A stretch of DNA of 64,000 nucleotides from assembly GCA_037189525.1 (NCBI GenBank), contig JBBCJC010000005.1, forward strand, positions 320,001 to 384,000. Reading direction: 5' to 3'. Below are positions 56,670 to 64,000 of the stretch, piece after piece; the stretch's first letter is position 1; every line of letters starts with the position of its first letter. A program made the translations under genes and the position numbers. The DNA comes from Gemmatimonadales bacterium (lineage in GTDB: Bacteria > Gemmatimonadota > Gemmatimonadetes > Gemmatimonadales > GWC2-71-9). The notes beneath the pieces were generated by a model, which made no database searches, was not told the origin of the DNA, and was given only the letters and a program-made list of their open reading frames with translations.

Positions 56670-59336
56670 TCAGCGCGCGTCGTCGGCCCGGAGCACGGTG
56701 GCCGGATCGACCGCGAGCGCGCGCCGGATCGGCCCGATACACGCGACAGCGGCGGTGGTCAGCACGAGCGCGGCCGCGCCGGCAAAGACGACCGGATTGC
56801 CCGGCGAAACCTCGAAGAGAAAACCGCGCACCACCTGTCCTACTCCGAGCGCCACGGCCGCGCCGGCCAGGAGACCGAGCAGCACCGGACGGAGCGCGTG
56901 CCCGAACGCCGCCCCCGCGACGTTGGTCCGCGGCGCACCGAGCGCGAGGCGGACGCCGATCTCCCGGGTCCGTCGCAGCACGATGAAGCCGACAACGCCG
57001 AAGAGTCCGACGCCCGCCAGCAGGAGCGCCGCCGAGGCAAAAACGCCAAGCACGATGGTGCGTAGCTTGGGTACGGCGACGACGTCGTTCAGGGCATGGG
57101 CGAGCAAGATTCCGTCGAACGGCATCTCCGGATCCAGCCTGGCGAGTTCGGCCTGCGCCGCGCGCAGGACGGGACCGGGAGAACCGTCGACCCGGGCGAC
57201 CGCGCTCACCAACCGAAACTGGGGCCGCTGGCCGAGCGGGAAGTACATGGTCGGCGCCGGCTCCGCTCCGGGGCCATCCTGGCGCACATCGCCGACGACG
57301 CCGACGATCGCGGCCCAGTCCTCCCCCGTTGGAACGATGTCCATCCCGGGCATGCGGACCAACCGACCGAGCGGATCACCGCCCGGCAGGTAGGTCCGAA
57401 CGAACGCATCGTTCACGATTGCGACGCGCTGAGCGCCGGCGCGGTCGTGCGCGGTAAAGTCGCGCCCGCGGCTCACCGGAATGCCCAGCACCTCGAAGAA
57501 CCCCGGGCTCACCACCCGGAAGTCGGCGGTAGCCCCCGGCCCGCCAGTGCTGGAGGGCTCACCCTGGATCATGCCGCCACCGTTAGGCGACCCGCCCTGA
57601 AGCGGGACGGCGGTGGTCAGCGCGACGGACGCGACGCCGGGAATCGCCGCCAGCCGCTCACGCGCCGTTTCGAGCACGAGCCCGCGTCGTGCGAGATCGC
57701 CGGCCAGATTACCCGCATCGACCGGGAGCGGCAGCGGGATCACCACCCGTCCTTCGCTCCGGAAGCCAAGATCCTGATCCAGCATCCGCGTCAGGCTCCG
57801 GCTCAGGAGACCGGCCCCGGCCAGCAGCACGAACGTCGCCGCAACCTCGACCCCGATCAGCGTCTGGAGCACCCGGCTCGGCCCGACGATCCGATGGCTG
57901 GGACGCGCCGCGGAGCCGTGTTCGACCGACCGCGCGGCCCAGAGCGCGGGCACCACGCCCGCGACGATGCCAACCACCACGACGAGCCCACTGATGAACG
58001 CCAGGAACGGGAGGTCGATTGGCAATGTGCGCACGAAGGGGACGATCCGGTCGATGGCCCGGACGAGCGCCGCCCGAAGGGGAAGCCAGGCGGCGACCCC
58101 GAGCGCCACGCCGGCGGCCGTGAGCAGCAGGCTCTCGACCACGAAACGGCGAATCAGATCGACGCGAGTTGCCCCGAGCGTCCGGAGCATCACCAGTTCG
58201 CCCTGACGCTTGGCGGCCCGCGCCAGCAGGAGGGCTGTGAGATTGAGCACGGCGATCAGCAGCAGCAGGCCGACCGCGCCTTGCAGAAACCGGAGCACCC
58301 GAGGGGACTGCCCGAGCAGGGTCTGCCGAAATGGGGTGACCCTGGCCCCGTCGGCAAGAAAATCGCTGTCGCCTTCACCCGCGACGATCTGCCTGGTGAG
58401 CACGGAAAGCGACCGGGTGGCTTCTTCCGGACCGACACCGGCGCGGAGCCGGCCGATGACGCGCCAGTTGTGGGCCGTCCGGCTCGGGCCGTCGTCCCAC
58501 CGCTCGGCCGGCATCCAGATCTGCGCACCGACCGGGAAATCGACGCGGCGCGGCATCACGCCCACGACGGTCGCGGCCAGGCCGTCGACCCGGACCTGCC
58601 TGCCGAGCACGTCCGGATCGGCGCCGAAACGATCGCGCCAGTATCCTTCGCTGAGCACCACGGCGGGAGCGCCGCCGGCGACCGCCTCCTCCGCATCGAA
58701 CCACCGGCCCAGCATCGGATCGATGCCCAGCACGGCAGGAAACGTTCGCGAGGCCACGGCCGTGGCAATCGTCTCCGGAGCGCCGGCCCCCGTCAGCACC
58801 GTATTGGTGATATAGTAGCCCGCCAGGTGGGTAAAGTCGTTGGCCGAGCGCTGCCAGTCGCGGAGATTGGGACCCGCCACCGACATCCCTCGCCCCTGCC
58901 GCGTCTCCACCACCGTGACGATCCGATCCGCATCCGGATAAGGCAGCGCGCGTACGAAGGCGGCGTTCAGGATGCTGAAGACCGCGATATTGGCGCCGAC
59001 GCCAAGCGCGACGAGCAGAACGGCCGCCGCGGTGAACCAGGGATCGCGGCGGAAACCGCGCCTGGCGAGCCGCAGGTCACTCTGCCACTTGCCGATCACC
59101 TCGGCGCGGCGCATCCGGCGTTCCCGCACCCGGTCGATGGCAAGCACCTGCCGCGAGAGCGTTGCCCGGTCGCCCAGCTCATCGGCGGCCAGGCGGGCCG
59201 CTTCTTCCGGAGCAACGCCCTGGCGAAGCAGCTCTTCCTCGGCAAGCGTGCGGTGCAGCTCGAGCTCGTCCGCGACGTCCGCCTCGACCCGGCTTCTGCC
59301 GGTCGCCAGCCGAAAGAGGGATCGGAGTGTACCCAT
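56670..59336 (-). CDS. Duplicated orphan ABC permease (ADOP, MacB/FtsX-type)
   Basis: Two MacB-periplasmic/FtsX halves; LGVGANIAVFS, VVGVMP, RRTREIGVRLALGA, VDPATVLR; directly downstream of PadR. Confidence 0.9.
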   Translation of the reverse strand: MGTLRSLFRLATGRSRVEADVADELELHRTLAEEELLRQGVAPEEAARLAADELGDRATLSRQVLAIDRVRERRMRRAEVIGKWQSDLRLARRGFRRDPWFTAAAVLLVALGVGANIAVFSILNAAFVRALPYPDADRIVTVVETRQGRGMSVAGPNLRDWQRSANDFTHLAGYYITNTVLTGAGAPETIATAVASRTFPAVLGIDPMLGRWFDAEEAVAGGAPAVVLSEGYWRDRFGADPDVLGRQVRVDGLAATVVGVMPRRVDFPVGAQIWMPAERWDDGPSRTAHNWRVIGRLRAGVGPEEATRSLSVLTRQIVAGEGDSDFLADGARVTPFRQTLLGQSPRVLRFLQGAVGLLLLIAVLNLTALLLARAAKRQGELVMLRTLGATRVDLIRRFVVESLLLTAAGVALGVAAWLPLRAALVRAIDRIVPFVRTLPIDLPFLAFISGLVVVVGIVAGVVPALWAARSVEHGSAARPSHRIVGPSRVLQTLIGVEVAATFVLLAGAGLLSRSLTRMLDQDLGFRSEGRVVIPLPLPVDAGNLAGDLARRGLVLETARERLAAIPGVASVALTTAVPLQGGSPNGGGMIQGEPSSTGGPGATADFRVVSPGFFEVLGIPVSRGRDFTAHDRAGAQRVAIVNDAFVRTYLPGGDPLGRLVRMPGMDIVPTGEDWAAIVGVVGDVRQDGPGAEPAPTMYFPLGQRPQFRLVSAVARVDGSPGPVLRAAQAELARLDPEMPFDGILLAHALNDVVAVPKLRTIVLGVFASAALLLAGVGLFGVVGFIVLRRTREIGVRLALGAPRTNVAGAAFGHALRPVLLGLLAGAAVALGVGQVVRGFLFEVSPGNPVVFAGAAALVLTTAAVACIGPIRRALAVDPATVLRADDAR

Positions 59337-59338
59337 GA

Positions 59339-59674
59339 TCAACTCCTGGCCGCGGCGAGGATCTTCCCTACCGCCGCCACGTAGCGGCGCCAGTCGGCGT
59401 CCTGCGTCTGCAACTGTTTCCGGCCGAGCCGGGTGAGCCGGTAGTACTTGGCGCGGCGCCGGTGCTCGGTAATGGCCCACTCGGCCTCGAGCCAGCCGCG
59501 CTGCTCCATCCGATGCAACGCCGGATAGAGCGCTCCCTGCTCAATGGTGAGCGCCTGATCGGTGGTGTCCCGAATCCAGCGGGAGACTTCGAAGCCGTGC
59601 TTCGGGCCCCAGGTCAGCGCTTTCAAGATCAGAAAATCGAGGGTTCCCTGCAGCAGATCGACGGAACCGGCCAT
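59339..59674 (-). CDS. PadR family transcriptional regulator (ADOP-associated type)
   Basis: LLQGTLDFLILK, HGF, GALYPALHRME..GW, RRAKYYRLT..G. Confidence 0.93.
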   Translation of the reverse strand: MAGSVDLLQGTLDFLILKALTWGPKHGFEVSRWIRDTTDQALTIEQGALYPALHRMEQRGWLEAEWAITEHRRRAKYYRLTRLGRKQLQTQDADWRRYVAAVGKILAAARS

Positions 59675-59698
59675 GGGTGCTCCTGACGGTGTTGCCTC

Positions 59699-59727
59699 AA
59701 TCTCTTAGCCTAAGCTATTTAGGTCAA
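59699..59727 (-). promoter_or_regulatory. Candidate padR promoter with overlapping operator palindrome
   Basis: Minus strand TTGACC-N17-GAGATT; inverted repeat CCTAA-N5-TTAGG at 59709-59723 overlaps the spacer. Confidence 0.5.
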
Positions 59728-59734
59728 CGGCCAC

Positions 59735-59779
59735 AAAAAAGCGCCGCCTTACAGGATCAGATCCCGGCAAGGCGGCGTT
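59735..59779 (-). terminator. Intrinsic terminator of the acylase gene
   Basis: Minus strand ACGCCGCCTT...AAGGCGGCGC followed by TTTTTT. Confidence 0.85.
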
Positions 59780-59795
59780 CGTTGCAATGACCGGT

Positions 59796-62198
59796 TCAGT
59801 TGCCCTGGCAGCTCCGGCCCGCAGCCGTCCGGCAGAGCTCGACGACCTTGAGCGTGGGATCGGCCTCGATGTCTTTCCGATCGAAGAGGATCGGTTTCGA
59901 CTCCTTGCGCGAAAAGAGCAACGTCTGGTCGCCGTGATGGGGCGAATCGGGATCGTCCGACTGCGACGAAGCCAGCAACGATCGTCCGACCGGGCCCCGG
60001 TCGGTATACTGCACCCAGGCCACGTAGCTGGTGGCATGCATGATCGTGTTCCACCCCTTCCCCGGCACCCACCCCGAACCGTTCATGATGAGGTTGTACT
60101 GCCCGGTCTGCCCCGGACCACCATGGATGGGAATCCGCTGGCCGGAACGCTCCTCGATCTGATAGTCGCGCAGTTTGGCGGCGAGCGGCATGCCCGAATC
60201 CCGCAGGTTGCTGATCGCCGCAGCCAGCGCGCGGCCGACCCGAGGATTGGCCGCATTGAGCCCCCGCGGCGTAGAGACCGGGTCCTTGGGATCGAACGGG
60301 ACGGTAAAGAGGTCAGCCTCGGGCTGCGCGGCTTGCGTGAGGTTCTCCATGAAACGGCGCCAGAGCACCGCGCCCGGACTATCCAGGTTGTCCGTCATGT
60401 CCCACGCGGCGAGTACGTCGCAGGCTTCCGGAATGCCCTTCTGAATCGGCAGAGTCCGGCAGTACGCGACCAACGGATCGCGCCAGAGTTCCGCCGAGTA
60501 GACGCGGTTGTCCATGGTGATCGCTTCGAGATCCGCGAGTGAGAAACGATTACCCGGCCGGCCATCGGTGCCGCGGAGACGGCCTGCGATCTTATGGAGC
60601 CCGTTCCGGGTCCGGAGGCTCCGGGGCGTCTGCTCGTCGCCGACGATGGCGTCGAACCCTTCGAGCAGATTGCCGGCATGGTTGGCCCAATGGCTGTCGT
60701 TCGAGTTGGTGGCGTAGTCCCACCGATCGAGCATCGGCAGGCGCTTGGGACCGAAGATCCCCGGCACTGGTGCGTCCGGATCGGTGCCCCATTCACAGTC
60801 ATTGCGCCAGCCGTCGAACACCAGCAGTTGCTGCCGGCTCCAGAGTTCCTTGCCGAGATCCGAGGTCACGCATGCGGTGCGCATCGCATCGGTCACATGG
60901 GGAACCGATGAGCGATCCGCATAGATAACCCGTCCCTGATCATCCGCAGCAACCGTATTGAGCCAGCCGAGCCCCATGTAGCGGCGTCCGGCAAGGTCGA
61001 GAGCCTCGGCCGAGCGGGCCACGTTCATCTCGTAGTGCTGATTGAGCCACCGGAAGCTGGTCGAGACGGTCCGCACGGCATAGGCTGTCGTCGAAGTCCA
61101 GACGAAATTGGCATTGGTAACGACCGGCCCCAGATGGGTTTCCCAGAAGGTGTGGCTCCGCCGAGCCAGCTTTCCGTCTTCGCCCAGGACCTCGACCGAC
61201 ACCACGCGCGGAGTCATGCGCCGAGTGGTTCTCTCGTACTGATAGGCGGTGGGATCGCCCGGAGTGAGGCGGAGCTGATAGATCGTTTCTCGCTTGGGCA
61301 CGCTGGCAGTATGGCTCCACGCGACGTTCCGGTTGAAGCCGAGCAGCACGAGCGGAATACCGGAGAAAGTCCCGCCATAGACATCGAGCACACCCGGGAC
61401 GGTGAGATGGACTTCGAAAAACCGCTCCGGCTCGTGCCAGCGCCAGTGCGGGTTGATAAAGACCATACCTTTCCCGTTGTTGGTACCGTCGCGGCCGAGT
61501 GCAATCACATTGCTCATGGTCAGGCGCGGCTCGGCCTCGCCCTCCGGCGAGGGCGTCCGGGGTCCGCTGGCGCTGTCACCCGGTCGCACCGCATCGACGA
61601 CGGGACCGATCCAACTGGCGTTGAGGATCATCGCGGTGTGCAGCGCGCGGAGATAGACGTCTCGTTCCGTGATCGGCCGAACCCAGACCTGGCCACGGCA
61701 ACGGCTGTCGGGCAGGTTGGCAACGCCGACTTCCTCGAGATAGTGGTTGTACCCCGCGACGTAGCCGCGCACGATCTCTCGAACTTCGGGAATGGGTCCT
61801 GACGGCGGCGGCTGCCGCAACTCCTGGCCGACGACATCGCGATCGATCAACCATTGCCAGTACAGGTCGCTCTGGAGATTCGTCACCGTCTGGCGACCGT
61901 CTCGTTTGCCTTCGATACCGAAGAACCGGGATCGCTCCGCGCGCACGGTCACCCAACGATCGGCAATGGTGCAGAGATCCGCGGCCGCGATGGCATAGCC
62001 GTGGCCGAAGCCGACCCCGGCTAGACTGGCGGCCTCGACGTGCGGCACGCCGTACGCCGTGGTGCTGATACGTGCGCGCAGGTCTCCGCCGCGCGCCACC
62101 GCTTGGGCCGACACATCGCTCCACGTCACCAGCACGCTCAACGCAACCAGCCACGCCGTACCCCGGCGGGATACGGAACTTCGAATCTGCCACGACAT
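59796..62198 (-). CDS. Ntn-hydrolase of the penicillin/AHL/aculeacin acylase family, exported
   Basis: YGVPH, GFGHGY, MSNVIALG (beta-chain Ser), NPHWRW, AWSHT, NSNDSHW, SQS.DP.SPH..DQT. Confidence 0.9.
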   Translation of the reverse strand: MSWQIRSSVSRRGTAWLVALSVLVTWSDVSAQAVARGGDLRARISTTAYGVPHVEAASLAGVGFGHGYAIAAADLCTIADRWVTVRAERSRFFGIEGKRDGRQTVTNLQSDLYWQWLIDRDVVGQELRQPPPSGPIPEVREIVRGYVAGYNHYLEEVGVANLPDSRCRGQVWVRPITERDVYLRALHTAMILNASWIGPVVDAVRPGDSASGPRTPSPEGEAEPRLTMSNVIALGRDGTNNGKGMVFINPHWRWHEPERFFEVHLTVPGVLDVYGGTFSGIPLVLLGFNRNVAWSHTASVPKRETIYQLRLTPGDPTAYQYERTTRRMTPRVVSVEVLGEDGKLARRSHTFWETHLGPVVTNANFVWTSTTAYAVRTVSTSFRWLNQHYEMNVARSAEALDLAGRRYMGLGWLNTVAADDQGRVIYADRSSVPHVTDAMRTACVTSDLGKELWSRQQLLVFDGWRNDCEWGTDPDAPVPGIFGPKRLPMLDRWDYATNSNDSHWANHAGNLLEGFDAIVGDEQTPRSLRTRNGLHKIAGRLRGTDGRPGNRFSLADLEAITMDNRVYSAELWRDPLVAYCRTLPIQKGIPEACDVLAAWDMTDNLDSPGAVLWRRFMENLTQAAQPEADLFTVPFDPKDPVSTPRGLNAANPRVGRALAAAISNLRDSGMPLAAKLRDYQIEERSGQRIPIHGGPGQTGQYNLIMNGSGWVPGKGWNTIMHATSYVAWVQYTDRGPVGRSLLASSQSDDPDSPHHGDQTLLFSRKESKPILFDRKDIEADPTLKVVELCRTAAGRSCQGN

Positions 62199-62547
62199 CA
62201 GCCTGGCTCCGGCAGGAGGGTTGAAAGACGAATCTCTGAAATGATACGAGATCAGATCGGGGGCGCAATCAGGGCCGGCGGGATGCGGCGGAGGCCAGCC
62301 GCAGCCTTGTTCACGCAGCGCTCGACCAGTGTTCAGCCTCAGGCACTAGGCTCCGATCGTTTCCTCCGCCAATCGCGGCGAAAGTCGTCCAGCCGGTTGC
62401 ACACCACGGGATCGCCGATCAGGAAACGATCGGGGCGCGCTCGCGGCCTTGAACCCCGCCGTCTCCTCAGCCGTCGACCCGCCTCACCGCTCGGCAGGCA
62501 GCGGCTGAATCGCTTCTCGGCCGCCGACCAGCAGGTCCCTGGCGATG

Positions 62548-64000
62548 TCAGCGGAAAAAGCCGAATCCGATGGACCAGCGTTTGGTCGGATATGAGGAAA
62601 GCTGGCGCGTGATTGCGACGGTCAAGTCGAACGGCGCCAGGAATGGCGTGAGCCCGTCGAACCGCACGCCGACTTCACTGTACATCCGATCGGTCGCATC
62701 CTGCGCACCAGCCGGGCGCGTTCCCGAGCTGCGGTGCCATGCCGTCCGGAACACTCCGCCATGAACGCTCACCCGCACCGGCAGATCACGCACGACCGGG
62801 ATGCCGCTCGCCGCAAACGGCAGGCGTCCGAATTCATGGCTGGCCGTCAGCGCCCAGATCCGATTCCCGGCAAAGAGGGTGTCGCCCAGGTTGTTGAAGC
62901 CGATCCGTTCGAGCCCGAAGAGATCGGTGCCATGGTCGACCCCGAACTGACGTTGCAGCGGCAGCGCCCCGGTACCCCAGCCGGCCATTCCCAGCAGCGT
63001 CAGCGTCCCGATCGTTCCGACGCGCCGCCGATGGATCGCGTCCAACTGAAGCCGGCGATAGGAAAAATCCGAATCGATCCAATCCGGATCAGACCACTCC
63101 GCGCTGAACTGTACTCGGCTCCAGGACGGTACCGGCAGCGGGTAGTCGCCGCTCTTGCCGCGAACGACCGGCCGGGTATCGAGACTCAACCGACCGGTGA
63201 GCGACCGGAGCCGGCCTTCCTGAATCGGGCCATTCTCCCTGACGACGCGATCGCCCCGCCGCACCGTGAAATCGGAGGATACCGGCAGGCTGGTCTGCCG
63301 CGCATCCCGATAGTCGCCCCCGAGACGGACCTTGCCGACCAAGCGGGAATCGACCGACACGATCAAGCCGCGTTCCCGGTAGTAGTCGAACGGGTCACGA
63401 GCCACCAGCGCTTTGAGGGTGGCGTCCCGACCCTGCGAAGGCAGCGTCGGCCGAGCCAGCGTTTCGTCGTGAAAACGCCAGCCGACCCAGAGATCCCGCG
63501 CGGGAAGGACTCGGACATCGGTGCCGAAGCGATACTGCACCCGATCGTCGCCGGTACCGTAGCCGAGTTTGGCGACGGCCCGCACATCGTTGCCGATCGG
63601 TTGGATGATGCTGCCGCCGAGATAGACACCGTCGACTCGATTGAAGTGCAGGAAGTCGGCGCCTCGCGCATCGACCATCCCGTCGAGTATCAGCCGCGCA
63701 ATCTGCCGCAGCGGTCCGCGCCGCCGATCGGCAATCGAGTCGATGCGCACCCAGGCCCGCGCCTCCACCGGCGTGAGGGATGGACCGGGAACGTCGCGCC
63801 AACGGGACGAATCCGCGCGATCCGCATCCGGCGCCACCACGACCCGATAGTGGAAGTCCCGATCGATGCCGCGATCGACCCCAAACGGTCCCATGGTGGC
63901 GATGTGTTCGACGCCCAGTCGTTTGGGCAGGCCCGGCAGCGGGACCTTGAAAGCCAGCTCCGCAGTAAAGCGGATTTCCCGCGGCCACCAGAGACCGCCC
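62548..64000 (-). CDS. Outer-membrane protein, DUF5686-like (5' end outside window)
   Basis: Frame stays open to the right edge (GGLWWPREIRFTAE...); FNRVDGVYLG, DYYRERG, aromatic C-terminal strand. Confidence 0.65.
   Translation of the reverse strand, partial: GGLWWPREIRFTAELAFKVPLPGLPKRLGVEHIATMGPFGVDRGIDRDFHYRVVVAPDADRADSSRWRDVPGPSLTPVEARAWVRIDSIADRRRGPLRQIARLILDGMVDARGADFLHFNRVDGVYLGGSIIQPIGNDVRAVAKLGYGTGDDRVQYRFGTDVRVLPARDLWVGWRFHDETLARPTLPSQGRDATLKALVARDPFDYYRERGLIVSVDSRLVGKVRLGGDYRDARQTSLPVSSDFTVRRGDRVVRENGPIQEGRLRSLTGRLSLDTRPVVRGKSGDYPLPVPSWSRVQFSAEWSDPDWIDSDFSYRRLQLDAIHRRRVGTIGTLTLLGMAGWGTGALPLQRQFGVDHGTDLFGLERIGFNNLGDTLFAGNRIWALTASHEFGRLPFAASGIPVVRDLPVRVSVHGGVFRTAWHRSSGTRPAGAQDATDRMYSEVGVRFDGLTPFLAPFDLTVAITRQLSSYPTKRWSIGFGFFR

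Noticed and set aside
62300..62470. 6S RNA, because of a CCTTGAACC segment
   Set aside because: I could not build the long closing stem and central bubble; the short match is insufficient.
1..64000. CRISPR array, tRNA/rRNA, transposase, integrase or prophage
   Set aside because: None recognised; intergenic gaps are short and lack spaced repeats or cloverleaf signatures.

Overview
High-GC bacterial DNA. The gene repertoire (BTAD/TPR regulator, PadR plus duplicated orphan permease, SusC/SusD pair, many secreted serine hydrolases) suggests Gemmatimonadota or a similar lineage; this is inference. Positions 1-18.7 kb (minus strand) hold one tightly coupled operon that runs off the left edge: four tandem TPR + glycosyltransferase genes (FlmG-like), pseB-C-G-H-I, two SpsF-type cytidylyltransferases and extra sugar-modifying enzymes. 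It is divergent from flgM, so it is most likely a flagellin glycosylation locus. Positions 19.9-35 kb contain peptide and D-amino-acid hydrolases and oxidases, an MFS transporter and an overlapping small-ORF/nucleotidyltransferase pair with an apparent frameshift. Positions 38-47 kb form a candidate copper locus: multicopper oxidase, a small His/Cys-rich exported ORF ending in an arrest-like HAPP motif, a hairpin-rich leader, SusC, SusD and a second multicopper oxidase. This is the best candidate for an undescribed system, a CutF/CruR-like ribosome-stalling switch on a SusCD transporter. Positions 48-64 kb contain an acyltransferase, a class A beta-lactamase-like protein lacking Glu166, a G8/TMEM2-like lipoprotein, a BTAD regulator, PadR-ADOP, an Ntn acylase and a partial outer-membrane protein. 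I saw no rRNA, tRNA, CRISPR array, transposase or integrase. All family calls come from motifs recognised by eye; no searches were run.
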